NCBI RefSeq assembly: GCF_964204645.1
Contig: NC_134025.1
Span: 12,276,001-12,340,000, forward strand
Source of the DNA: Tubulanus polymorphus
Taxonomy: Eukaryota; Animalia; Nemertea
Length of the DNA: 64,000 bases
Direction of reading: 5' to 3'
Position 1 is the first letter of the stretch; the number at the start of each line of letters is the position of its first letter. Below the pieces are notes generated by a model, which did no database searches, was not told where the DNA came from, and worked only from the letters and a program-made list of their open reading frames with translations. Both the position numbers and the translations under genes were made by a program. Positions 11,100-52,348 of this stretch are shown one piece after another.

Positions 11100-11908
11100 G
11101 TATTGTTTGTGTTTAGCCTTAGACTTTTTGTTAGAAATAAGAATAACACAAGTCAACTGAAAATTTCATTTTAATTCAATTTTGAACTTTATTTGACACG
11201 TGGACCTATTCAACATCGTACATTTTCATTAATACCTGGAACCATTTTCATAAGAATATTTTAGCGTTCTGTTGGTGCTGCCATCTGTAATTCAGTTTCG
11301 AAATTATATTATCTTATAATTCGCATATCTTCATGAAAAGCGCCGCGAGTACGTCATCATTATTTTGTTTTAATGTCATTTTTGTTTGCCATTTGGCGAG
11401 TATGACATGCACAAATCGCGCTTTTGGTTGATCGCATCTACCGTCGGTACCTCTTTCGTATGTGCCGCTCTCCCGGTACACACCGAGCAGAATGGTCGTA
11501 TAGTGCTGTAAATAAGACAATGATAGGTGATGGAGAAACTTACATAGGCTACAACTTTCGTCTATATTTAGTCAAATCTGCTGATCTGGGTATAGCTGTT
11601 TACGGTGCTGCGTTGACTTACGAAGTGAATTTGGAACATCGTTAGAAACTGATTGCACTGTTGGTAGTATCATGGCAACTCTCAAAAACCGACGATTTTC
11701 CGCTAGTACTCAGTCTATCGGAAATTCGTCGGAAAATCTTCGATAATCCATTTCGTCGGATAATTATCGGTTAATAACCGCTAAAAATCCGACATTATTT
11801 AACCGAAAAAAACCCCACTGATTTACCGTCTAATTACCGACAATCAATCGACCACGTAACCGCTCATTTACCGCAAGGGCCAATAAAGAGCATTCCGGCC
11901 ACCAAGTA

Positions 11909-12408
11909 CTGTCTATCACACCTACTCTCCGTGCGACGTTTTGGTCCGTAATTTCGTTAATAATCGGTTTATCTACCTTTATTATGCATCAATTTGTTCA
12001 GTGAGGAATTTGCATTCAGAAATAAACAACAATTTTCACTTAAGTTGTTTTTGTTTTCATTTATGAGCGATAGTTTACTCAGCATACGCTCGCGTAATGC
12101 TGAAAAATCCGCTCCGCGGACGCTCGGAAACATTACAGTGACGTCATCACCTGCTCATTAGCATATCAAAATACAGTAGGTGGCGCCACGTGACGGGCCA
12201 TAAAAGCCGTTTTTCAGCATTACGCGAGCGTATGCTAGGTAAACTATCGCTGATAGAAGAAAACACAAACAAATTTCTGCCAGTTCATGATTTATTTCTG
12301 AATGCAAATTCCTTACTGAACAAATTGATGCATAATATTTACAGATCAACCGATTATTAACGAAATTACGGACCAAAACGTCGCACGAAGAGCATGTGTG
12401 ACAGACAG
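11909..12408. mobile_element. Palindromic MITE with TA target-site duplication (Tc1/mariner-like)
   Basis: TA|CTGTCT...AGACAG|TA. Arms of about 190 bp are imperfect inverted repeats (e.g. CGACGTTTTGGTCCGTAATTTCGTTAATAATCGGTT vs AACCGATTATTAACGAAATTACGGACCAAAACGTCG). Confidence 0.85.
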
Positions 12409-12544
12409 TAGGCTATTTTTCGGATTTAAAAAGTCCATTTTTTAGAACTTGTCATGGCGACGCCTGAGAGACTGGTTTCGATTATTGCTCTGGCTGGTTT
12501 GATTTCGCTTTTTTGTTGTTGTTTTTCTCGGAGGAGAAACGTCT

Positions 12545-12616
12545 GCTGCTACTCGCCATGTAATGGTTCGAACCAGTTTTCCTGAGGAACACGCGCTAAC
12601 GCCATCTATCACCGAG
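12545..12616 (-). repeat. Possible tRNA-derived SINE head
   Basis: The minus strand reads GGTGATAGATGGCGTTAGCGCG...GGTTCGAACC, resembling Pol III A and B boxes. There is no full cloverleaf. Confidence 0.3.
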
Positions 12617-14306
12617 TCTTAACGTTACGTGGTGCTCAATGACTATTGTTAGTAGCCAATCAGATACCTTTCAAGGGACCTTGGGGACCGGGCATCCCTA
12701 TTTTGCCAAACCTTCCCGACGGTGCTCATCGCTGTACCATGTTCATCTGTATTCAAGTTCTAAGACATTTTGGGCCGCCTTATGCTAAATTCCCTGATCC
12801 ACATCCGTTATTCGGGGACCACATCAAAATCATTAGAAAATTTGTAATTTCATAGGGTTTAGAATATAGAGGGTTAAGGTTTAGGTTTAAAGGTTCCAGG
12901 GTAAGACTTAGACTTTATAAAGTCGAAAATTCGAATTTTTGAACTCGAATCGTCAACTTAAAATCTCGAAAAATGACTTTTTAAACTCTTAATGGGGGAC
13001 TTAAGATCCAAAGTTTCAGATCCTGTTAGGTAACGTGGATATCGCGCCGTCGTGAGGGTGAAGAATATCGTAGCCTCGCTAATTCAGTTCAGTTACCTCT
13101 GGATAATTTGAAAAAGTGTAATTAACATACCTACCATATATATATCAAAAGAAAATGTAACTCTTGATATTGCGTGATATAGATTTTTTTTTCTAACAGC
13201 AACTGTCCGATTGTTGCAGCCGAGAAATGAAACAAGCATCATCGGAATATAGACACCACCTTAGATATCACCTTTCTAACGATATGCAATTTTAATTTTT
13301 GTGGCGAAAGGGAGATAATCGACTATTAATTGCGCTTAAGGTTTTAGTGTAAAGAATGTTAAAATCCAACAATGCGGGACCCAGGGTACCTCCTCAAAAT
13401 GGTTCCTGGTAAAAAAGTTGAAAACTATAAACTAAAATGTAAAGGTTTAATCGTGATTTAAAACTTCCAGATGAACTAACAAACCACTGGCCGAAATCAC
13501 CTTAAAACCTTAACGTCATTGTCTGTTATTTTGTAAGACCAAAAGTGCTTGACCTAATCCATAATCTGGACACCAGAACTAAAACGTTTCCATGCCAAAA
13601 TAAGTTCTAATACTCGAATAAGTTCTGGAGTTTATCTCAATAGATAAACTCCAGTCTAATCTCAATTAGCGAAAGTGTGGGAACTGACTCCAATCGACCC
13701 AATAATCAGGGTGAAGCTAGGAAACAAAATACAGAAGTTATAGAATAATATTAAACAATGACATTTATTTCTTATAAATTAACCATGAGAACACTTCAGA
13801 TTTAATTCATCCTTTCGTGTACTCCTTTGCAAAAGACATTTAATTACGAATAAGTAAAGACATTAATATTTCCAAAGAAATACACCGATTATAATAAACT
13901 CTGTTTTTTATTGCATTATTGTAATGCTTGAAAAACGACGACACAATGACCAAAGCAGAGAATTTAAGACCATAAAACGACGAAGTTTGAATTTATTGTG
14001 TGATACATTAGGGTCATATTCGTAGTTTAAGAATAAAACGTGTATATTTGCAGAATAAATGATGACATTACTATATTATACACCCCTTTCAGCATTACAC
14101 CCTAAAAGATCAAAGATGAAGCAGACGTCTTACAGTCGTTACTGCCATGGTGGCCGCTAGAACCAATGATACAAAAAATAATTTTCTCATCGCGTTAAAA
14201 GTTTTGGGCTCTTTTCTAAAACATAATTTTCTGACAAGTGTAAAAGATTGTTACTCCAACAGAGGTACATTAGAAAATGATAATCATACTCCCGCAACTA
14301 TTCTTC

Positions 14307-42992
<28,686 letters not shown>

Positions 42993-45286
42993 CTACCTGA
43001 AAAATAGAGAATAACACAAACTTAGAAAATCTACTATCTATTCAACTATGCGTTCAGCTGGTTAGCAATTTGCTTACCGTAGTCGGAATGAAATGAATAA
43101 CTCCGACCATAATTTTCAATCGGAAATAAACTGATCACCGATGAAAAATGAAGTCTTTATAGCGTATAAAATTCCAGCTAGAATGCAAATTTGATATTCC
43201 TTTTCATGTCAAGTATATAACCCTATATCTTATGCTCCTCCACTAGACAAATTTCAGCGTTGATTAAAAACGTATTCGCAGCCTACAATATTTTTGTTCA
43301 CATATGACACATGTCGATATATGCCTTTGTTATGTGCATTACGAATCAGTGACACAATTGAGTTATTTCATGACGTGGTGGATGCTGTTATGCTAAATCG
43401 AAGAGTTGTCCAATATGGCGACGGTGTGTCTGTGATAAAATCATGGGGATACCCTGTGATAAGGTGGCCGGACTACGATAGTAGCCCGAATGGTGACCCC
43501 AAACAAACCGGCGATCCAGGAATAAGCCAACCTATTGAAATGCATCGCTTTCTGTGCAGCGGGTCTTTTGAAAAAGTAATGAATAAGAGAATTGTAGATG
43601 GAGAATCTACTATTACTGCCGATGTTTACTTACGAAGCGATTCATGTTAGCTAAAGGTAGTTCAGACCATCAATGGTGTCTCCGTGAATGTGGAAACCTG
43701 TCCAATACACTATGAGCTGTCATGCTGCTTCGCCTTAAAGTCGCATCGGAATAACTAAGAACTATTGATAATTCCATCGTGTCCTATTGGACCTCTACAA
43801 TATGCGGACAATAATCTATCACATCCAGTTCAACTGATACGGGTGTGTGACTCTGCGAAATCTCGACCGAATATACTAGAAAACATTGCGACAATCAATT
43901 TTCCATTTTTGTCACCGCGCTTTAGATCGTTTCAATTCTCTATTTTTGACAATCCAACATTTTATATCAGATACAATTTGCGAAAAAATATCCTCGCCAT
44001 TCTTAACCCTCCTCCTGAACTGAACCTTGTCTGATCTTATATGATATTATTCATTAAGTATTTATAAATTCGATGGATTGGATTGCGTGAAATATAACAA
44101 AAACGAAACCACCGCGGTACGAGGCTCACTGATTTCAAGATGAATTATTGATAACAGTTAACAAAATTAATGCGTAAAAATACAAGCACTTGATTTCTCA
44201 TCTCAGAAGGAAAAATCGGTTTTACGGTTGAACATCCACTGTATAAAACATGTGATTAATTTTCTTATAGATTTATATTAAAGCATATATGAGATACCTT
44301 ACTCCGAATAAACCCTGATGCTTTGTCAATTGACTATATAACAACCCGTGCTTCTTGGTAGATCTTTGTTACTCGCTCGTGAAATAAAATAGTGGCAGGT
44401 TTTTGATCATTTAGTTCGATAATTCGCAGTAAAAGGTCAACATTATCTAACGCCGTTGCATATTTGAAAATAGATAAAATTCGCGTATTTGCAATCTGCG
44501 CGCTCTGAAAAAGCAATAAACCGCTCAGAATTATTTCCATAATTCAATATTAATCAGACTAGGGATCAGATGAATCTTATTCTTCGGCCGGGTTAGATTT
44601 GTATACACGTATGGTTTTACTGATTGAGAGAGTACATGTGTCGCAAATCTGATATCGTTTATGTTTATTAAATTCGCCGTTAAAACGTAAAAATGATAAA
44701 CCAAATCGAGTGGTTGTGATGTTTTTCCTGAACGACAGGTTGCTCGATTTATCGACCCGCAGATAAGAGGGTCGCACAAATGACTATTAACTTGGCAGTT
44801 ATCGAAACTGTCAGAGTATTCAGTGCCTGCGTTAAGGTTTTTTTATCGGAACTTATTCACAATTGGATAAAGAATCGAAGACCAAAATGATAGCGTAACA
44901 TGGTGGGGCAAACGATAGAAAAAAGATCTATTACGTCTACCTGAGCTATCAAGATTATCGTATCGTTGTCAATAATGGACATCACCAAAAATATAATTTT
45001 TTAGTATGTTAAATTAATTGGAATGCCGAATTGTTTTATGAGCAAATGATGATTAGTTTTCGACATGACTTGAAGATAGGCCCGAAGCGGTGAAACAAAT
45101 CGTGAAAGTATTCCAATTGTGGTAATCGTCGCCAATTGGATCGTCATCGTTGAGGTTCGTGACAACTTGCAGATTTTTGGAAGCTGGCCTGACAACGCGA
45201 AGGCCTGTCAGATTTCGATAATTAGCCCTAGCTGATTCCACAGTAGAAAGTCATTATTCGTGCAAATAGTACATAAGCCAACATAC

Positions 45287-45580
45287 CTTGCATGTTTTGG
45301 TGTGTGCATGCGCTGTCGAAATAGCCGGGCGATCCCTTGCGTGTCCTGCGGCCTGTAAGAAGCGAGGGAAGGGCACGTTCGGCGGATTGTCGCAAACTAC
45401 TTTCACAGTCTCAATCACGGTGAATCAAGCAAAATATCACGCACAAACACTCATAGAAGCAAAGTTTTTACAAGTGGCCAAACACAGCCACTGGTTGGTA
45501 CTGCAAGCTGGCACGCTATTGGCTAATACCTAATGAATTGCATCTCGGGGGCCTTTAAAACGCTCGTAATCACGTCTCCA
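45287..45580 (-). promoter_or_regulatory. Candidate sim upstream promoter and non-coding first exon
   Basis: This block is relatively GC-rich. On the minus strand, TTTTAAA (45560-45554) lies about 26 nt before an Inr-like TCATT, with GACGTG adjacent and a strong donor CAAG|GTATGT at 45287/45286. An upstream exon is implied by the acceptor before the sim ATG. Confidence 0.3.
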
Positions 45581-48304
45581 TCACTGAGAGATGTTGCTGA
45601 TGTTGCCGCAGCGACTGGGAACAAGATACGGGCGTGTAGTTTCCTCGGGGAGACTGGAGAACACGATTACGCGTCCGGAATTGGTCCCAACGGTCAGGGT
45701 GCCGCAACGTACCGCAACGTAAAAACACACTAACGATCTCGCTCGAGTATTGACAATGGATTCTTGTCATGAAACCGGCCGTCTGTAAGTTCCGATATCC
45801 TCAGATTCGTTTTATATACTCCACGGCTGATTGTTTGAGATAATTGTCTTCTGGCCATCAGCGACGGTAATCCAGCCACCTCAAGGGTTTCAAGTCGCGC
45901 TCTCAACCACCTATACTTTTATTTACAAATGTTCTATCGGACAACTCGGGTCATATTTGCTTGAATTCTGTTCGGATTTGCAAGTTTCAATAAATGCGCG
46001 TGTGTCACATTTGCGTCGATCAATCACCGAGGAGTTCCGTCGTCGAGAAACTCCGTGATTGGTCGACCCACTGTAAAAGGCTAACGCTATGTAGTTTTCC
46101 GTAGAATACGCCTTCGAAAGAGACACTTTTGAGGTATAATAGTGGGAGGTACTCGCCGTGCGACGACATCGTGGAAAAATGTGTATTTCATTGTATTCGA
46201 AATGATGAGACTTTTGTCATGCCAAAAAGGAACCGAAGAATAGTCGACCTACATCATAGTACCGGCGCATACCTTTTAACACAATAAAAATAGATTCCCG
46301 AAGTTATTCCAACACATAGGCTAACTTGTGAAGCACTCTTCTTAACAAAACCCTCATACAAAAATCGTTGTTATTGTAGGCCCAAACTCGTAGGATTAGC
46401 TGGATTGGTTTTTAGCAGTTGCATGTGTTTTGATTATCAGCGCCGACCAAAGGCACGGCAAATTCGGCCTGTTACAATCGCCTGTCTTGGCTTTGTCGCG
46501 CTCAATTCCATCGGACCTATTTCAAATACGCTTCGTTTCACTTAGTGAATCCAATAAGCCACTTATTCCACCCCATCGTCCAGACTTTCTTTCGGGTTAA
46601 GTGGCCTCTTTAATTCAAACATAAAAGTTTGACTTGAAAGTGAGCGTAGTGTCTAACAAGTGTTGCTTTGTCATTTTATACCGTTAACCTGTACACCACA
46701 TGTCTTGACTTAAAATTCCAAGTCGGCGTTAAATTTCTTTCCAAATTTTCCCTATTTCACTCATAGGGCTTTTTCAATCCATAACAGTGAATGCACCACA
46801 ACATTGTCTCTGTCCGGGCGCCCAGACGAGGCCCTAAAAAAATTCGGAATTTTTATCCGTTTTGTTATAGCGTCCAATAAATGTGAAATGCGTCTGTTGG
46901 TTGATTTTTCGTCAACGCTATCTTGGATCCAATCGGTTTTTCTGTGTCCTTTAATGTCTGGCGATGATGGATTCCTTTTTATCCAACTTCAGATTTCCCG
47001 CAAAATTGCTCTATTCTTTCGGAATTTTTATGGTGTCTAAACCGGACCGAATATTATCACAGCGCGTGGCTTGGTCTGTTGGTGATTTATGAACTTTGCG
47101 GTTGTGCCATTGGAACAAAACCGTCAAACCGTAGAAATCGGCGTCAATAGCTGCCGTGAGAATGGCAATAATCAGCAACCCCACCCTCTCCCGGAGGCTA
47201 TGTCACCCCTCCATTCGATTGCGACTCGTCAGAACGCTGATAAGCTGCCATCGCGGTCTGGTCGTCGGGATGAATCGCTTCGCTGTCTACTCGTTGGCCG
47301 TTTGATTTTTCTCGGGCCTATTTGTGAATTCAGAATACAGTCAGCATTGGGGCTCTATGTCTCCAGACGTTGTCAAGATCGCTATCTCCCGGCATAATAA
47401 ATACTAGTTGGCTTTTATACCAACCGCCATGATACCCGTCTATCAGTACCTTTTATAACCAACACACTGAAAAGCGTTAAAGACTCGAACCGTTTAGACG
47501 CAGAGTATAACACTGCTATCTTTGGCAACATCTTAATTCTAGTGAATACTTTTTGAACTTTGAAAAGGTGTCATTATGCCGCGACAATCAAAGAAATATT
47601 TGAATCGTTTATTCGGGTTTAGTAGCTTTTTTATACAACAAAAAGTGGCTTACATTTTCACAATATAAAAGTCTGCTATAGATTTGGCTGTATATAAAAC
47701 AATATTGTGTTACTGAAGAAAACCGAACGCCCAACATATATAGGACCTATTTGAATGTACTATGAGGCAAAACTCATTTTTTTTCTCTCGAAATGGGTTC
47801 AGGTATAATCGCAATTTTCGATATATAAGAAAAATTATTAGCAAATGAGAGTTATACTTTCGATCGGGGATTCGGAGGATAATTCATTAGTTTTGGTACA
47901 GTAATAGGAAGGCGCTGCATATTTATATAGATTCATTTTTGGGAAGGATGCAACCTAAAAAGGGACGTGTCAAAACGACATCTGTGACAAATGTCTATAT
48001 GCGTGACACCAAGTCATCATTTGGAAGGCCTGCTGGTGCGATGATGTAGCGTATGCGTGAAACCAATAACAGCAATCAGCGTGCAAAAATGAATGAATGA
48101 ATAATCAAATGAAATGATTTATATATTTTACCACCAATTGATTTTCGAATCGAAATCGAGCGAGAAACTCTCAACACTCTAGCCGCATGTCTTAAGATGG
48201 TAACCGAGGATAACGCACGCGAAAATTTCTTTTATGTCGTATTTTCAAATGGAGGGCCCATTTTGACTCGGTACTTCTATTTAAGTACGATAAGAACTTG
48301 TTGG

Positions 48305-48562
48305 TGGATGCTAGTTTCCATCCAAAACGTCAATTCAAAATAATTTCTAAATTCTAACATTAGTGTTCATCAATCATCGACGCGGATATGTTTAGTCAAT
48401 TTAAATACCTGCTATAGCTAAAACTACCCATGGATACTAGTTTGCATCCAAAACGTCAATTCAAATTAATTTCTAAATTCTAACATTAGTCTTCATCAGA
48501 GATACATCGACGTGGATATATTTAGTCAGTTTTAATACCTGATATAGCTAAAATTACCCATG
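48305..48562. repeat. Diverged tandem duplication, two units of ~126-130 bp
   Basis: CTAGTTT(C/G)CATCCAAAACGTCAATTCAAA...TACCCATG occurs at 48311 and again at 48437. Confidence 0.9.
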
Positions 48563-51058
48563 TTAATGGACACAATAATCAAATTTTGAAATTTTCCAAA
48601 ATATGTGTTTCCGTATTTTCTTTTCCTCATGCAGTAGATGGTTTTATCCAGACCGTGAATTTGCAAAGGAGTATATTCAAGTGAAGCATCATCGCCACTT
48701 ATTATAGTGAACATGACTTCACCATGGCTACGGTTAATCACGTTTTCTTTGGCAGACGTGAGATGATTTCGGTGTTCGGAGGCACGGATACACGGTGCGT
48801 AGTTCAGCTAACAGATTTATGAACCGACACAAGACGATGTCACCGATAAATTCTTAAACGTGATTCACAACAACGCCCAGATGTTTTTCTTCACGTATTT
48901 GCGTTGCTGCGGTGTTCCTTTCGCAGGCTAGATCACAGGGCAGTATCAATTTCTTTTTTTAAATTTTCAATTTGAGGTAACGAATGATTCGAGAGATTTC
49001 AGGCCACCAAACACGTTTTATGCGTTGGGATATTCTTGGTGATAAAAGTAGTTTTGATCCGGTTTCTTTTGCTTTCTTTTCGTCTGCACACAGACAGGTC
49101 GCGCTGTCACCAAACGACGACATTGTGATATCATTTGCATAAACTCCTCCCACAGAACGAATGACACATGAAATCACATAAACGCAAAGCAATTTATTTA
49201 ATGACATGAATGCGAATAGAAGTAACTGCTCGCTAATCAGAGTTTTACTAGGTACTTGACTGAAATATATCAGTTTATTTTCCATTCACACCCCAGTAAA
49301 TAATTGATCAAATAAATCTGAACTGATTTCTCACTCTTTTCTATATTAAGCGTATACGAACGTCAACAATTTTTCGAAATCAAAACTTAAATTTTGTTAA
49401 TTGAGTCGCTTACGAAGGATGCCTCTTCGAAAAATGAGTTTAATTCTGTCATAACTTTCTCTTGATACTAAATGATAAAAAGTATATAGAAGTAAATGTG
49501 TATGTATATAACATGTACCGAAATGGAGAAAATAAATTTTAAGTTTAAGTTGCGTCACTGTTGAGCTATCGAATTTTTGTATTGTAAACGACTAAATTCG
49601 CCAAACGCAGGGCCAATAGAATGGAGTGTCCCGTCATTAAGGCTAGTAGGGTTAGTACGGGACATTTTCGCATTGTATTTTTTTTATCGTATTTGTATAT
49701 TGTCCATAAAACGCAAATAGTGGATATACAACCGACGATGGTCATAAAGATATTTTCAACGTTTTAGTTACCATTTTCGCACCATAACTGGCAAAGATTC
49801 GCACCTCGAAGTTACCATAATTCACGCATTGTGATGGCTGGGGATGTCATAAACTGCCATTTTAGTCAGTTATACACAGTTTTCGCATTTAGCTGATTGC
49901 GTACGGTATCGAACATATATCTTCTCCAGATAGAAACAATGCTCGAGGCAGACGAAATCAATATATTATGATGTAAATAATATGACGTGAGTGTTTCATG
50001 GTAATATGTTGAGAATTTCTGCATAAAATTCACGTGTTCGAGCGATTATCCTATAATAAGGGAGCAAGACAAGATCGTCGTGGGTGTTCGGATTACCGTT
50101 CGACTTAATGTTACATTACCCCTGACGAAATGGACGATATAGAATAAATAGCTTCGATTAGATTCGATCAAATGACGAAAATATATTTTAAAAATTCTTT
50201 TCTAAGATGTACTGAAATTTGTCTACGTACCTCGTACAACATGAGTTACAATGTAAGTCATATCACAGATATTCCTTTTATGGTTCTGATATTCCATTAA
50301 GTTTTCGGAGAACCGATAAAGTCATATAGTTATTTTGTCTTCGGGAAACTCTAGACAGAAACGAAAGCCCGTTTTCTATCAGAATGCCCTACCCAATATC
50401 AATAAGGGAGTGATAAAGAAGCCAGCATTTTACTAAGAATAAACCGTTGAAATTGAACTGAAATTGAAAACAACATATGCGCAACTTGTTCAAATAGAAA
50501 TCAAAATCAATCCAATATTCCGGTTGGTGATAAAATCTTCTTTTTAATTCTTATGTCATCGATATTCCCTCGGTTCTTTTGTCCGATTTCGGTCTTTGAA
50601 TGATATCGCGATAGTTATCAAAGTTTCGTGTGTTTAACGACATTCGCCAAATAGGATTAGCAGAAGATCTTAGAGAAGTCATCTGGCAAATGGTATGGCG
50701 ATCACACTCCACATATACTTAAACTACATGTTATAACATTTTACTCGTATCCGCTCCATTTCTGCAATAAAATTCAATATCGTTTGATTTATGAAGATTA
50801 TATTCGAGATTTATCGAAACATGCCACATCTGCGTTTATTCAACAAACAAATGTGTATGTACGAAAATAGTGGCTGTCGTTGAACAGCGAATATACATAA
50901 AAAGATAATCGTAAAGTCCTAAAATTTTAAGTCATATCATTATACATATAAAATGCTGAAAGAATAAATATATTGATTTTATTCGTTTTTTAGAATTCAT
51001 GATTTCATTGATTGAAGTCGAACCATACCTCAAAGCAGTGGAGACAAGAAGAATTCGG

Positions 51059-51140
51059 TATATATATATAGATATATAGTTTATTGAAGTGCCATCTTTA
51101 CAAGTAAAGCCAGCCTATAAAAGGCTTACAAGACACAAAC
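51059..51140 (-). mobile_element. Possible LINE (CR1/L2-like) 3' tail
   Basis: The minus strand reads GTGTCTTGTAAGCC...GGCTTTACTTG...CACTTCAATAAAC followed by a TA-rich tail, an arrangement typical of CR1/L2 3' ends. Confidence 0.35.
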
Positions 51141-52247
51141 TTTCATACAAATATAACATATTCATGGCATGTTACCATATATCGTATACTTATAGTTGAT
51201 CTAAATGTATTTTGTTGCACTTGTGATGTAGATAAGCGTCTAGATTCTGTAATGAGGATTCATCAATCATAATGATGATTGATAATGATGAATAATGATT
51301 ATGAAGTGAAGTATGATTACACATATCATATATTTCGTAAATTACTAAAATTTCCCAGCACGATCCCGGCACATTTTTATTTTATCTTTACACCCTTATG
51401 CGCAAATCACCGTGGAATAAACTTTTCGCACAATCATAACACCACTTGATAACATTCTCTAGGGCTCTTCGCGTGCTTGAAGCCGTTACACCGCTCTCAA
51501 AGTTCATGTCCACTGTCAAGTACTCCGAGGCTGACAGAACATTACAAGCCCTTGACCACATATCGGTCATTGTCGATGACTTATCCCATCATGTCAATCG
51601 GGCCAAATCTGATTACTCATATTTGCAAGAAAGATTAGCCGCTGGGTACAGAATTTCGTTTCTCAAATTAATCGGAATTTCCCGGGGCACCGAGTATAAT
51701 TGGTCGATTTAGCGGATAGACGTTTCATTTCGAATGATCCGTTCCAATAATTGAAATGTTCAATGCGGGCTTGTCGTCGGTACGGCGTAACTTCAGAACT
51801 TCAGAGCTGAAATGACTTCGTATTCACATTCACAATTGTACCGAAAACTTCGGAAATGGCTGATCCTTGTATATGTGTATATTTGAACAAAGACTTTTCA
51901 CTTGGCTATTAATTGACACCTTTTAGACGGCTTCTTTTGAAGCGTAAGCGACAACCCTTCGAATCAAAGAGCATTCGTTCATAAAATAAATAAACCACGG
52001 TATTTGTTGATATATGAAAACGATTAAGATTAAGACTGACCGCCGCAAATATATACGAACAATGTCTTCGTTATGGAGACGATTTGTGTCTCGAGAAATA
52101 CAATAACAAAACAGATAATGTCAAACTTCTTCTGTCTTTGAAATATTCATATCTTCAGTCGAAACTTTTCATATGTCCTTACACGTATAGGTCTTTGAAA
52201 TTCTGATTGGTATGATACCATTCGAAATGATGCTGATTTGAAACAAG

Positions 52248-52348
<101 letters not shown>

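Larger units (their letters stand above)
4535..11885 (-). mobile_element. CACTA/EnSpm (CMC)-type DNA transposon, internally deleted, non-autonomous
   Basis: Inverted termini: CGGTAAATGAGCGGTT (4555-4570) pairs with AACCGCTCATTTACCG (11858-11873), and an outer TATTGGCC/GGCCAATA pair flanks them. Dense subterminal GTCGG/CCGAC repeats lie at about 4550-4750 and 11685-11875, and there are internal Tnp2-like transposase exons. The exact termini and TSD are uncertain. Confidence 0.8.
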
